Shown here piece after piece: positions 38,310-47,936 of a stretch of DNA of 63,015 nucleotides. Position 1 is the first letter of the stretch. Every line of letters begins with the position of its first letter. Source of the DNA: a virus (Duplodnaviria; Caudoviricetes); the IMG/VR virus record IMGVR_UViG_3300027983_000014, positions 1 to 63,015 of that record. One strand, 5' to 3'. The notes beneath the pieces were generated by a model. That model ran no database searches and was not told the DNA's origin. It worked only from the letters and a program-made list of their open reading frames with translations. A program made the position numbers and the translations under genes.

Positions 38310-39862
38310 TACTCTTCGCTTCCTTGCAATCGCATCGACCCCGCCCTGATCATCCCTTCGTGAGCCTTCAGGCGGCCCACACGGTTCCCGTCGCCACTGT
38401 TGATGGCTGCCGGGGCGCTTAGCTGAGCTTTAGTCATGAACCCCTGCTCCATGTCTGCGATATGTTCGACTGAATCGATATAGCATTGGATGCCATGAGA
38501 CGGAAAAGATACTATGCCGCCGGGATACAGCTCGGGCATGTAGGTAAACGTGAAGCCTGTGACAAACTGTCGTGACCACATCAGCATGAACGTTTGGTAG
38601 GCAAGAAAGACTTCGAAGTAGGGGGAGCGGACCATTGGGGCTTCTTCAAAGTATGGACGGGCGCCGTACTTGCGCAAAAACGCCAGCGTTTCGTCTACGG
38701 CAGCTTTAGCCTGCGCTGACGGCGGGTTACCATCTTCTGTTTCTATGCTTTCATCGTTGCCAGTATCGTCTTTTAGGGCCACCTGCCCTGCCGGACTGAA
38801 ATTGTCTGATATGAAGTTTGACTGGAAGGCCTCAAACACTGAAATAACCCCAGCAGTTTGAATCTTGTCAATCAGATTCACTCCATCGAAGTTGGCGATG
38901 TCACCAACTACATATACATGGGTCGCCAAACTGTCGTCAGTCAATTGCATATTGGCGTCAATAATTTCGATGTCTTCAATTTCCCAGTATGGCGTTCTAT
39001 GATTAAGGCCGCCAAAGTAGTCCGGATAAAAGGCAAAGAACCCCCCGTTTGGCAAAGATTGAAAGCTTCTAAGAGAGGCCTTGCACAACTGCTGGACAAA
39101 CGGAAGGAGCGGTTGATCGTTCATAAGGGATTTTTCTCCCCTAAGGGCTAGCGATTCCGCCATTTCCATAATGCCGGGAAGATCAATGAAAGTTGCAAAT
39201 GCAGCGGCTTTAGCAGTCCCGATGATTTGTTCAAGAGAGGCCGTGTCCACATCGGCATCAGTAGAGCTTGGGGCCGTGTCACCAAGTTGGACGACCTCTC
39301 CGTTTTGGGCGCCTTTGACCCAGCTTGTTGGGTCAGTGTTTCCGTTTCCGCCCGGACCATACCGAGCGCTCCCCGGCTTGGAAATGAACATGTGGATATG
39401 CTGGCTTCCGCCAAGGCTTCCCGTTCTGCCAAGCGGCGTCCCGGCCGGGACCTTTTGTCCCTTCTGAACGCGCACAGAGGACGGAAGCATGTGGCCGTAA
39501 CCAAGATATGAGCGGGCGGGCAAGCCCGTCTCTTCGGGCTTAGTTGGAGTGATACTAACCATCGCTTTACCCGTTCTTGATCCTGACCCCGTGTACCAGC
39601 TCTTGTCCACTGTCGCGATTTCACAATCAAACGCCGCAACTAGAACCGATCCGACATCACACACAACATCGACCCCACGATGGCCGCCCGAGTAGTTAGA
39701 GCGTGCGGCTCCATATTCGCATCCGCTACAGTTGCCGACGGCCTTCGCCCCTACGCTTGGTATAGGCCTGACTACGGCAGAAGGGCTGTCTGGCTGCCCG
39801 CGAGGACCGTCTGGCTGCGCACGAGGATAACGAGGAGCCGCTGGTCTAGTAGGTCCGGGCAT
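38309..39862 (-). CDS. Baseplate hub C-half paralogue 2 with N-terminal divergent M23 peptidase
   Basis: HRGVD, YGHM, V.KGQKV..G..LG.TG...HIH; shared C-region. Confidence 0.8.
   Translation of the reverse strand: MPGPTRPAAPRYPRAQPDGPRGQPDSPSAVVRPIPSVGAKAVGNCSGCEYGAARSNYSGGHRGVDVVCDVGSVLVAAFDCEIATVDKSWYTGSGSRTGKAMVSITPTKPEETGLPARSYLGYGHMLPSSVRVQKGQKVPAGTPLGRTGSLGGSQHIHMFISKPGSARYGPGGNGNTDPTSWVKGAQNGEVVQLGDTAPSSTDADVDTASLEQIIGTAKAAAFATFIDLPGIMEMAESLALRGEKSLMNDQPLLPFVQQLCKASLRSFQSLPNGGFFAFYPDYFGGLNHRTPYWEIEDIEIIDANMQLTDDSLATHVYVVGDIANFDGVNLIDKIQTAGVISVFEAFQSNFISDNFSPAGQVALKDDTGNDESIETEDGNPPSAQAKAAVDETLAFLRKYGARPYFEEAPMVRSPYFEVFLAYQTFMLMWSRQFVTGFTFTYMPELYPGGIVSFPSHGIQCYIDSVEHIADMEQGFMTKAQLSAPAAINSGDGNRVGRLKAHEGMIRAGSMRLQGSEE
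38874..38938. repeat. 65-bp exact direct repeat (second copy 40517-40581) inside hub C-half genes
   Basis: AGATTCACTCCATCGAAG...CCAAACTGTCGTC is identical at both loci. Confidence 0.9.
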
Positions 39863-39865
39863 TAC
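39807..39865. repeat. 59-bp exact direct repeat (second copy 41363-41421) covering the start of two hub C-half genes
   Basis: CCGTCTGGCTGCGCACGAGG...GGTCCGGGCATTAC is identical at both loci. Confidence 0.9.
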
Positions 39866-41418
39866 TCTCCTTTTACACTCGGAGGAGCTGGGGACGGACC
39901 ATTGCCCACCGTAGGAGCCTTGTTCATTGCCATGCTCCCGGCTCTAATCATTCCCTCATGGGCAGAAAGGTTGCCAGTTCTAACGGTTTGCCCATTCTGA
40001 TTTCGCGTGATGGCTGCCGGGGCACTTAACTGCGCGGTTGTGTGGAAGCCGCTTCCAAAGTCGGCGACATGGCTGACTGAATCGATATAGCACTGTATCC
40101 CGTGCCGAGGAAACGAAACGATGCCCCCCGGATACAGCTCGGGCATATACGTGAACTCAAACGTAGTCACAAACTGTCGTGACCACATCAGCATGAACTT
40201 TTGATAAGCAAGAAAAGCCTCGAAGTAGGGGGAGCGGATCATTGGAGCTTCTTCGAAATAGGGACGGGCGCCATACTTCTTCAAAAAGTTGATGGCCTGC
40301 TCATTATTAATGTTAATTTGAGCGCTAGAATCATCTTTGTACTTATTGTTATCCTGATTGTCGCTCATTGGCTTTCCTGCAAGGGGTCCGTGATGGTACG
40401 GATCTGCTTCAATTTCAGTTTGGTCGCTTGTCGCAGAGGTCGGGTTGCCAGACAGGAAGTCTGCTTGAAATGCAGTAAAAACTGTGGCCACTCCGCCACT
40501 TTGGATTTTGTCGAATAGATTCACTCCATCGAAGTTGGCGATGTCACCAACTACATATACATGGGTCGCCAAACTGTCGTCTGAAAGATCAATCTCTCCG
40601 TTCAATATTTCGATGTCTTCAATCTCCCAGTATGGGGTCCTATGATTGAGGCCGCCAAAGTAATCGGGGAAGAAAGCAAAGAAGCCTCCGTCTGGCAGCG
40701 ACTGAAAATTACGTAGCGATGCTGCACATAGCTGCTGCACGAAGGGCATGAGCGGCTGATCGTTAAGAAGAGACCTTTCGCCTCGCAAAGCCATCGACTC
40801 TGCCATATCCATAATGCCGGGGACGGCGATGAATGTGGCAAAGGCGCTAGCCTTGGCGACCCCGGCAATTTGGGCGAGGGTGGCTTGAGTGGCGTCGTCG
40901 CCCGGAACCGCCGCGCCCCCGTCTTGTGTGTCCGAGCCATCAAGCCACGGCTCAGGGTCAACCAACGTGCCATTACGCTTTAGACCAAAGTGCAGGTGCG
41001 GCCCGGTGGAGTTGCCCGTGCTCCCAACCGCACCGATGGTGTCGCCCTTCTTAACGCCCTTTCTAACCTGAACAGACATCTTACTAAGGTGCAGATATTG
41101 TGTGACAGTCCCGCCGCCATGATCAATTTCAATCATCTTGCCCGCGTCGCCTGCTATCGCGGCAAAAGTAACACGTCCGTCTTTGACGGCAAAAACGGGC
41201 GTCCCTTCTGGAGCTTGGATGTCGATGCCTTTATGATCGCTAGACGCTCCGGCAGTAGGCGAAGTCCTAGGTCCGAAGTCAGAACCGTCGCCTGTGCCCA
41301 TTTTGTATTTGCCGGGGACAGGCCACATGGGCTTGTTGCTCTCAGTCGGCGGAGTTCGAGGGCCGTCTGGCTGCGCACGAGGATAACGAGGAGCCGCTGG
41401 TCTAGTAGGTCCGGGCAT
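39862..41418 (-). CDS. Baseplate hub C-half paralogue 1 with N-terminal canonical M23 peptidase
   Basis: HKGID, YLHL, GSTGNSTGPHLHF; shared C-region. Confidence 0.85.
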   Translation of the reverse strand: MPGPTRPAAPRYPRAQPDGPRTPPTESNKPMWPVPGKYKMGTGDGSDFGPRTSPTAGASSDHKGIDIQAPEGTPVFAVKDGRVTFAAIAGDAGKMIEIDHGGGTVTQYLHLSKMSVQVRKGVKKGDTIGAVGSTGNSTGPHLHFGLKRNGTLVDPEPWLDGSDTQDGGAAVPGDDATQATLAQIAGVAKASAFATFIAVPGIMDMAESMALRGERSLLNDQPLMPFVQQLCAASLRNFQSLPDGGFFAFFPDYFGGLNHRTPYWEIEDIEILNGEIDLSDDSLATHVYVVGDIANFDGVNLFDKIQSGGVATVFTAFQADFLSGNPTSATSDQTEIEADPYHHGPLAGKPMSDNQDNNKYKDDSSAQININNEQAINFLKKYGARPYFEEAPMIRSPYFEAFLAYQKFMLMWSRQFVTTFEFTYMPELYPGGIVSFPRHGIQCYIDSVSHVADFGSGFHTTAQLSAPAAITRNQNGQTVRTGNLSAHEGMIRAGSMAMNKAPTVGNGPSPAPPSVKGE

Positions 41419-42560
41419 TACCGATACTTGCCCCAGCCGCCGCCGTCTCCGGCATTACGTGAAGACTCCCATGGCTGCATCCCGCCCGACTTGAAGAGGG
41501 AGAGAGCCGCCTTGGCGTTGTTGAAAGGGTTGCGCATGTCGCCATGTAAGCGGACTAGATCCGGATGCACCTTAACATAAATTTGCCACAAGCCCTCGCA
41601 GCCGATGCTGTTAACCAGACCGGGCTTGAGTGATGACTCAGCGAAGGCCACGCGACGAAATAGCTTTGCGTCCTTCTCGCTAAAGCCAACATACTTCGCT
41701 ATAGAAAACACCTGACTGGGGTCCAAAACGTCAGACCCATTTTCAGGGTACACTCGATCTAGGCCTTGGAGTTCAGCATCTTGGACATTGTTGTCCCCGC
41801 TATCACCACCACCATTGTCAAGTGCGCTGCCGTAAGACCCGCCACCGAGCGCCCCCTCCAAGAAATAATTGAGGTCGGCGCGGGCCGACGCCTCGGCCGT
41901 TAATGCCATTTCCTTGTAGATGTTTTCTACGGTGTCGACGATGCCGTCAGGCAAACTTTCAATGAAAATTGTTTCATCAGACCAGCCGCCGATTTCAATA
42001 AGTGTGTCAAATAGCAATCCGCCTATCGAACCATCGGTTTGCTTTACATACGGGGTTCCGTCGGGCCTGAACTTTTTCGCAGGGGCTGTTTCTTCTTGGG
42101 GATTTGTGATTCCGCCAAGCTGCGCGTTGACCTGCCACCCGTGAGACTGAAGAAACTCCCAAACAAAAGGAAGCCCCGGATCGAAATAGGTGTAGAGAAG
42201 GCGCTTAATAGTGCAACTGGCTTTGATCTTGCATGTCCCGGGGAATAGCTGGATGTACGGGGTCGTATCACAAAACCCAGTGAACACTTGCATGGGCCGA
42301 TCTTTGATCCTAGTCATTGTGATCACGATAGGGTCCATGGGATGGAAAATTGGTCCCCGTGTCGACGTCTTTGAAACCGAGTCGTAAGTCTTGCTGTCCG
42401 TCCAGATAAACTGAGGGTTGCGGAACTCTACTTCGGCCGTGCTGACTGCGTCGATTTGGCGATTAACCGAACAGCTTGTCACGTAGGGGCTTAGATCGTA
42501 AATGCCAGAATCTGTTTTGACAAATACATCGACTCTTGGAGTGTAAACTAGGCGTTTCAA
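41418..42560 (-). CDS. Baseplate hub N-half paralogue 2 with C-terminal SLT/lysozyme-like transglycosylase
   Basis: MKRLVYTPRVD N-region; VAFAESS...GLWQI...NPFNNAKAA...G.QPW. Confidence 0.8.
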   Translation of the reverse strand: MKRLVYTPRVDVFVKTDSGIYDLSPYVTSCSVNRQIDAVSTAEVEFRNPQFIWTDSKTYDSVSKTSTRGPIFHPMDPIVITMTRIKDRPMQVFTGFCDTTPYIQLFPGTCKIKASCTIKRLLYTYFDPGLPFVWEFLQSHGWQVNAQLGGITNPQEETAPAKKFRPDGTPYVKQTDGSIGGLLFDTLIEIGGWSDETIFIESLPDGIVDTVENIYKEMALTAEASARADLNYFLEGALGGGSYGSALDNGGGDSGDNNVQDAELQGLDRVYPENGSDVLDPSQVFSIAKYVGFSEKDAKLFRRVAFAESSLKPGLVNSIGCEGLWQIYVKVHPDLVRLHGDMRNPFNNAKAALSLFKSGGMQPWESSRNAGDGGGWGKYR

Positions 42561-43705
42561 TCTGCTCTCCTAATCTCTACGTCCCCTTTGCCCGAGAACT
42601 TAAGGGCCTTGGTGATTCCCGGTTCAAGGTCGATTTTATAATGTGCGTCACCCGCTTGCCCCGAGCCGTTGTCTACCTTAGTGATGAACCAAGTCTTGCT
42701 GGGTTTTTTGGGGTCTCGAATCTCTAGCTTAAAGCGGCATTTCAAACCGGTCGGGGTCCCGTCGGTCACTTCGCCCTTGATATCAAACAAATCCGCTAAA
42801 AACCCTCCGTTACGGGCCAATTTCAATTTTTTATTGGTGCCAGCAACGCCCAGTTCAGCATAACTGAATCCATTGTTCTTGGCTTCGTTCCCGCAGGAAA
42901 CATCTCCTCCGCTGTAATCATCCGTAGTGGCCCCAACCTTAACCCATTCGCCCTTGCCGACCCCAGACGTAACCGATCCGCCATCCTCATTCACAGCGTA
43001 GCCGCTTAGTGTGGCGGTCCCAATCATTTCTTTTAGCAGGAGTTTGATGTCTTTGAATGCTTCTTCGCTGGTCGTTTCGCGATCCGTGACCATGGCGGCC
43101 ACTAAGCTGATGATGCCCTCTGGTAATCCTTCTATGAAAATGGATTCAGGATCCCAGCCGCCGATTTCATTCAACACATCAAACAGTAGTTTGCCAATGC
43201 TTGCGTCATTTAGGCGAAGGGATTCATCTTCTACGCTTTTTTCTCCGCCGAGCTGCGTCAAGCCGGTTTGAGTATTAGTTTGCCAACCCTTTTCCTCAAG
43301 CCAAGTGTGGACAAAAGGAAGTCCCGGATCGAAGTAAGTATAAAGAAGTCGCTTCAATGTGCAAGAAGCGGTTAGTTCTACAACGCCCGGGTAAGCGGAG
43401 ATGTAGGGGGTCGTGTCTAGGAACCCAGTGAACACCTGCATAGGACGATCTTTGATGCGGGTAAGCGTAACGGTGATCTTATCCATAGGATGGAACACGG
43501 GAGCCAAAACCTTAGACCCATCGGAGTCTGTGCGCTCGCCATCGGTCCACATAAACTGCGGATTGCGCAGCGTTAAGTTAACCGTACTGACGGCGTTCTG
43601 GCGGCGAGTGACGCTACCCTTAGTGATGTATGGGCTGACATCATACAAACCCGTGTCAGTCTGAATAAAGGCGTCGACCCTAGGAGTGTAGACGAGTCTT
43701 TTCAT
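42557..43705 (-). CDS. Baseplate hub N-half paralogue 1 with C-terminal RlpA-like double-psi beta-barrel
   Basis: MKRLVYTPRVD N-region; VGAT...AEL...LKC..KLEI...KVDNG...IDL...KAL...G.VEI. Confidence 0.72.
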   Translation of the reverse strand: MKRLVYTPRVDAFIQTDTGLYDVSPYITKGSVTRRQNAVSTVNLTLRNPQFMWTDGERTDSDGSKVLAPVFHPMDKITVTLTRIKDRPMQVFTGFLDTTPYISAYPGVVELTASCTLKRLLYTYFDPGLPFVHTWLEEKGWQTNTQTGLTQLGGEKSVEDESLRLNDASIGKLLFDVLNEIGGWDPESIFIEGLPEGIISLVAAMVTDRETTSEEAFKDIKLLLKEMIGTATLSGYAVNEDGGSVTSGVGKGEWVKVGATTDDYSGGDVSCGNEAKNNGFSYAELGVAGTNKKLKLARNGGFLADLFDIKGEVTDGTPTGLKCRFKLEIRDPKKPSKTWFITKVDNGSGQAGDAHYKIDLEPGITKALKFSGKGDVEIRRAD

Positions 43706-43711
43706 AATCCC

Positions 43712-44518
43712 TTAGAGATTCGGGGCAGTTGGCGTCCCCCAAAGTCCAGTGGACGGAGTTTCGCGAAGCGGACCCCGTCCTTCCGTCGGCTTGGGTGGTT
43801 TGGGTGGTTTGGTTGGTTTTGTTATCTCCTGAAACTCGTTTCTTGGACGCGCCGCAAAAAGGGTCATAAAATCCGTCATCTCTTTTGGCTTCCAGCTTCC
43901 GTCTTCTAAGCGACCGGGGCCTGTGACCATCTCGGCGACTAGAAACTCAAACTCAAATGTGGGAGCGGGATCAAAACGCTTAGCGCCAGCCTGAATGTTT
44001 TTGATGTACCCCTTGGCGACCCACTGGTGAGGGCGCCCTTTGCGTGCAGTATTTGAGCCGGGGTTGGCTTCTCCCCTCAGGTCTTCATCGCTTTTTCGTC
44101 CGTTGATGCTTAGCTCGATGAGCGGATCGAAGTCTGCGTCATCTTGCGAATAATATCGCGACGATAATGCGTTGTACTGGGATTCACGCACAAAAATGGC
44201 AAACAGGTTTCTTCTGTAGCTGTCAGCGTGTCTGCCCCTGATCGTGATGCTAGGCTGAGACAGGTTGTGAGGGAAGAATTGACGAACGCTACGGCTCTGC
44301 CCAGTCGATCCGTTGATGTTGATGGTAATGTCCATGTCCTCGATCCAGAAATAGATCTCACGATTAAATTGGTCCGTCAGCTTTGCGGTGTAATTGTTGG
44401 TCGACGGATCGGTTTCCGAAATGTATCTGACCCCGTAACCTTTGCGTATGGGTAGTTCGGCCCCCGGCACATGTTTCTGGCCGTGTTTGTCGCCAGACGG
44501 GGTCCAATAATTACTCAT
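43712..44518 (-). CDS. Tail tube initiator/baseplate protein
   Basis: Downstream of the tape measure gene; IEDM.IT motif shared with its neighbour; start placed at MSNYW. Confidence 0.5.
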   Translation of the reverse strand: MSNYWTPSGDKHGQKHVPGAELPIRKGYGVRYISETDPSTNNYTAKLTDQFNREIYFWIEDMDITININGSTGQSRSVRQFFPHNLSQPSITIRGRHADSYRRNLFAIFVRESQYNALSSRYYSQDDADFDPLIELSINGRKSDEDLRGEANPGSNTARKGRPHQWVAKGYIKNIQAGAKRFDPAPTFEFEFLVAEMVTGPGRLEDGSWKPKEMTDFMTLFAARPRNEFQEITKPTKPPKPPKPTEGRGPLRETPSTGLWGTPTAPNL

Positions 44519-45335
44519 CTTGCCCGCCTCCGCTAGGCGGATTAGGAGTCGGAGCAGGAGCGCTAGGCGGATCTGTTCCTTTGCCGCCGCCACTTAGGAA
44601 CGCCGGTTTTGAATAATCGGCATTCAGACTCCGGAAGTCAGCAGCCAAGTAGGCTGGGATCAATTGTTTATAGGTCTCGGACAGATCTTTATAATGTCCT
44701 CGGACCTTGCCTTCCTCGTACTGCTTTGTGGTCGGACCAGAAAACGGGTCGTCTACCTTGAAATCGAATGCAGTGTCCTTTCCATCTGCAACGGAGCTAG
44801 TATTGAGCGTCGCTTTCCCAAAGAGAGACACCTTTTGGGTGGTCATATAAGTCTTCCCCGACTCCGGTAGGATCGCTTCTCCTAGCTCCTTATAAGCCTG
44901 CTGGCCAATGCCCCAGTCAGGTTCTACTACGGCGGCCTGCATGGTCCATTCAGGGACGACGATGTCGCGCCCATATTTGAAGGAGGGGAGGGACTTAGGG
45001 ATTAAGTGGAAAGTCCAGCCTCGTTCTTCGTAATACATGTGGACGGGAGTAGACTTGTATCCGTCTGCCCCCTGCCCCGTGTTACCTTGGGTGGCGCCCT
45101 CCATGTATTCTACAAACCAAGCAAAAATTTCTTCCATCTCCCGGTAGCTTCCAATACTTCCAGTAATGGTCATGTCTTCAATGAAGACAGACAGGATCTG
45201 AATCACCTCTCCACCATAAGTTGGGTAATTAGCCGTGTTGAGCTGATAAGACCATTCTATAGAGTTTGGTTTTACCTGTACACTAAGCGTGTTGTCTTCT
45301 CCTCTACTGGGATCTCTAAACTGAATTCCAGCCAT
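44511..45335 (-). CDS. Tail tube initiator/baseplate protein
   Basis: VKPNSIEWSY...TYGGEVIQ...DMTITG pattern. Confidence 0.55.
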   Translation of the reverse strand: MAGIQFRDPSRGEDNTLSVQVKPNSIEWSYQLNTANYPTYGGEVIQILSVFIEDMTITGSIGSYREMEEIFAWFVEYMEGATQGNTGQGADGYKSTPVHMYYEERGWTFHLIPKSLPSFKYGRDIVVPEWTMQAAVVEPDWGIGQQAYKELGEAILPESGKTYMTTQKVSLFGKATLNTSSVADGKDTAFDFKVDDPFSGPTTKQYEEGKVRGHYKDLSETYKQLIPAYLAADFRSLNADYSKPAFLSGGGKGTDPPSAPAPTPNPPSGGGQDE

Positions 45336-47533
45336 TATCGACCCCCCCCGGCGAAACGGTATTTGCTTGTAGACCCGGCGCTTGCGGCATCATCATTGGC
45401 CCGCCCGTCGCCTCGGTTGGCGTCGTCCTTGGAAGTCACTAACCGGAAGTGCTTCGCCGCCTCTCCTCTTAGCTCGATATAAGTCTTATTAGGGTCGGCA
45501 GCATCGGGCAGCAGTCCGTCAGGCAACCCCTTATCCGTAACAAAGCGTTCCATTTCTTGCTGCTGCTCAGATATGATCTGCTCAAGCCGATCCCACTCTT
45601 TGTTGTGGACCCCGCCCTTCCTGATTTGGGCAATGTCGGCACTCCTATAATTGGCGATTTCATCTATCTCTTTCTTGTATTTCTGGCCGACTATGAAGTC
45701 AGGCTCGCCCTTCTCGCCCGGGATTCGCGCCTGACGGATTTCGTTAAATGCCTCGCCCTTCGTAAAGATGTTGGGATCGTTGTCAGTGGTCCTCCCATCT
45801 AAGAGAGCTTCGACAGGAGTTTTGCCCCCCCAGCGCACCTCCCGGCTTTCAGCATTGAATTGATCGGCGTACCCCCCGCTGCCAAGCATCGCTTGCATCA
45901 ATTGCGAGTAGCCCTTTTTGACCTGCCTAGTCTGCGGGTCCATAAGCTGTCTCAATACGTCCGGAGACATATCCGTGTGTTGAGCCATGAGTCCGATCTG
46001 CTGCTCCCATCCCCCAGAGATAGTTTTAAGACCCATATCTCCAAGCTTCCCCGGAGCTTTATTCACCAAAGTTTCGAAGCCGCTTGTGGCAGTTCCAAGT
46101 TCGTTGACAGACTGGATCATGGCGGATATCTTCTGGCCGCCGCTCATGCTTGCCTGAGCGTTAGGCATAAGTCCAGTTGATCTAAACGCTGCGGACTGGT
46201 AGAACGGGTTCTGCATGTATTGCTCCATAACGGCAGGGGGCAAGCCTCCCACTCCGGTAAAATACTCCGTGTCCTTGACGGCTTGCATTGCCGTTCCGCC
46301 CATTTTTTCATAGGTCTCGGCAAGCTGCAAGGCATCTTGAACCATCTGCTCTTGAGTTACATGAGCGACATCGGCAGCCTTTGGATAACCCTCGGTCAAA
46401 AGCGTGAAGAATTCATTCATGTCGGCGTTGCCGTATCGAAGCGCCTTATCCATAAGCAAAGGGGTATTCGGATTTTGAGCCATCCGCTTGTTGGACTGCA
46501 TCATGCCGTCGTAGCCTTCTCGGTAACGATCTACCAAGTTGTCAGAAGGGGACCCGCCACCCTGTCCTCCAGTATAACCTAGCGCGCTAAGCTGCTGATC
46601 AATGAAACCCACTTGCTCACTGTTGATGCCGCCCTTGGAAGCCGACCTTTTAACCTGTTGAAATTTTTCTTCTACGCCCTTGGTAAAGGTTTGGTTGAGG
46701 AAGGGAACGCTGAGTGGCCCGAACTGTCCTCCTGTCCCGTAAGCATTGGCTGCTAGGCCACGGTCGAGGGTCGGGGCCATGGCAGTGTGATAGTTGCTGG
46801 CGTACTGTTGGGCAATTTTGTAATTTGGGATATATTCTGCCGCTTTATAAAGGCCATAGGCTGCTTGAGCAGATCTTAGACCGGCGCCCTCGGTGTCAGG
46901 GTTGTTACGATGACGTCTTTCTGCCGTCCTTTGCGCGATTCCGCCCATTGTTCTCAAAAGAGAGTCTGCTTGAAACTCTCCGAATTGAGGGATCAGCAGC
47001 GGCTCGGGAGCCTCAGGAAGCTGTGCGAACGGCCTTGAGGCACCAGAACTTGCTCCTCCTGTCCCGCCTCCGCCTCCGCCTCCGCCTCCGCCCCTGCCCG
47101 GATTTGAATACCCTCCCTGAGACACATTCGGCAAGTCGATAGGCGTCATATTACCCCACAAGGCCTCGCGCCCACTCGCTGTTAGACTTTGGCGCAGGCT
47201 GTTGAAGAAGCCAGAGGAGTGGCCTTCGCTCGGCCCCATCCCTGCGCTAGAGATCGGCTGACCGTCAGGGCCTAGTAGACCGCCGCCGCTCCTAGAGGCC
47301 TGTGCAGAATGGCCCGACTTGTAGAAGTCTGCATTGATCCCCTCGGCAAGATTCTTCTGCGCCCTTGTGGCTTCGGCTATATTGACGGAAAGCGCATCAA
47401 TACTTGCCTTGAGCTGGTCGATCTCTTGACGAAACGACCCCATGTTCTCGGTTAGCTGCTGAAGGTTTACGGACCCCAAAAGGTCTACAATCCTTACGTC
47501 AAGTGGATTTTTGTCGTCGCCGAGGGCCATCAA
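45335..47533 (-). CDS. Tape measure protein
   Basis: Follows tube and chaperones; rich in A/G/Q/M, helical, 732 aa. Confidence 0.7.
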   Translation of the reverse strand: MMALGDDKNPLDVRIVDLLGSVNLQQLTENMGSFRQEIDQLKASIDALSVNIAEATRAQKNLAEGINADFYKSGHSAQASRSGGGLLGPDGQPISSAGMGPSEGHSSGFFNSLRQSLTASGREALWGNMTPIDLPNVSQGGYSNPGRGGGGGGGGGGTGGASSGASRPFAQLPEAPEPLLIPQFGEFQADSLLRTMGGIAQRTAERRHRNNPDTEGAGLRSAQAAYGLYKAAEYIPNYKIAQQYASNYHTAMAPTLDRGLAANAYGTGGQFGPLSVPFLNQTFTKGVEEKFQQVKRSASKGGINSEQVGFIDQQLSALGYTGGQGGGSPSDNLVDRYREGYDGMMQSNKRMAQNPNTPLLMDKALRYGNADMNEFFTLLTEGYPKAADVAHVTQEQMVQDALQLAETYEKMGGTAMQAVKDTEYFTGVGGLPPAVMEQYMQNPFYQSAAFRSTGLMPNAQASMSGGQKISAMIQSVNELGTATSGFETLVNKAPGKLGDMGLKTISGGWEQQIGLMAQHTDMSPDVLRQLMDPQTRQVKKGYSQLMQAMLGSGGYADQFNAESREVRWGGKTPVEALLDGRTTDNDPNIFTKGEAFNEIRQARIPGEKGEPDFIVGQKYKKEIDEIANYRSADIAQIRKGGVHNKEWDRLEQIISEQQQEMERFVTDKGLPDGLLPDAADPNKTYIELRGEAAKHFRLVTSKDDANRGDGRANDDAASAGSTSKYRFAGGGR

Positions 47534-47555
47534 TGTTTACGTGCCAGTAACATCC

Positions 47556-47584
47556 TTGTAAGTTCGGTGCCAATCTGCTATCAT
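47556..47584 (+). promoter_or_regulatory. Sigma70-type promoter TTGTAA-17-TATCAT (TG-extended)
   Basis: Upstream of the antisense-oriented ORF at 47613. Confidence 0.55.
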
Positions 47585-47612
47585 AATTACAAACCAACAC
47601 AAGGAGAAACAC

Positions 47613-47936
47613 ATGGGGAAGATTATTGACTGGGTACTCACCTTGATTAACGTCGTCTTGGATGAGCTTAACTACTCAATCGGCAATCCTCACTTCCAGA
47701 AAGATCCTGACGGCTCTATCGTCTACAGGCCCTCATGGGTCAGTTCAGGCCACTACCGTGGACGTCATTTCATCCCTGACGAGCAACAGGGACCCGTAAA
47801 CGAAATGGCCGTTCGGTACTTCCATAGGTGCACGCTTCGAGGCTGCGGCTGCGGATACGATGGGATTTGGATCTATCCATCGGGCTGTTCGGCGTTGCGT
47901 GAGGACATCCTGTATAATCGCTATAAGGGCTACTAG
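47613..47936 (+). CDS. Hypothetical protein; moron-like insertion opposite the tail operon
   Basis: Own promoter and AAGGAG RBS; fills the gap exactly; HRC...CGC. Confidence 0.65.
   Translation: MGKIIDWVLTLINVVLDELNYSIGNPHFQKDPDGSIVYRPSWVSSGHYRGRHFIPDEQQGPVNEMAVRYFHRCTLRGCGCGYDGIWIYPSGCSALREDILYNRYKGY

Noticed and set aside
36912-43705. Invertase shufflon or diversity-generating retroelement behind the hub paralogues
   Set aside because: Repeats are direct, not inverted; no site-specific recombinase or reverse transcriptase in the window; no adenine-specific variation.
47064-47093. CCGCCT tandem repeat
   Set aside because: Encodes a poly-Gly linker in the tape measure protein; in-frame coding low complexity.
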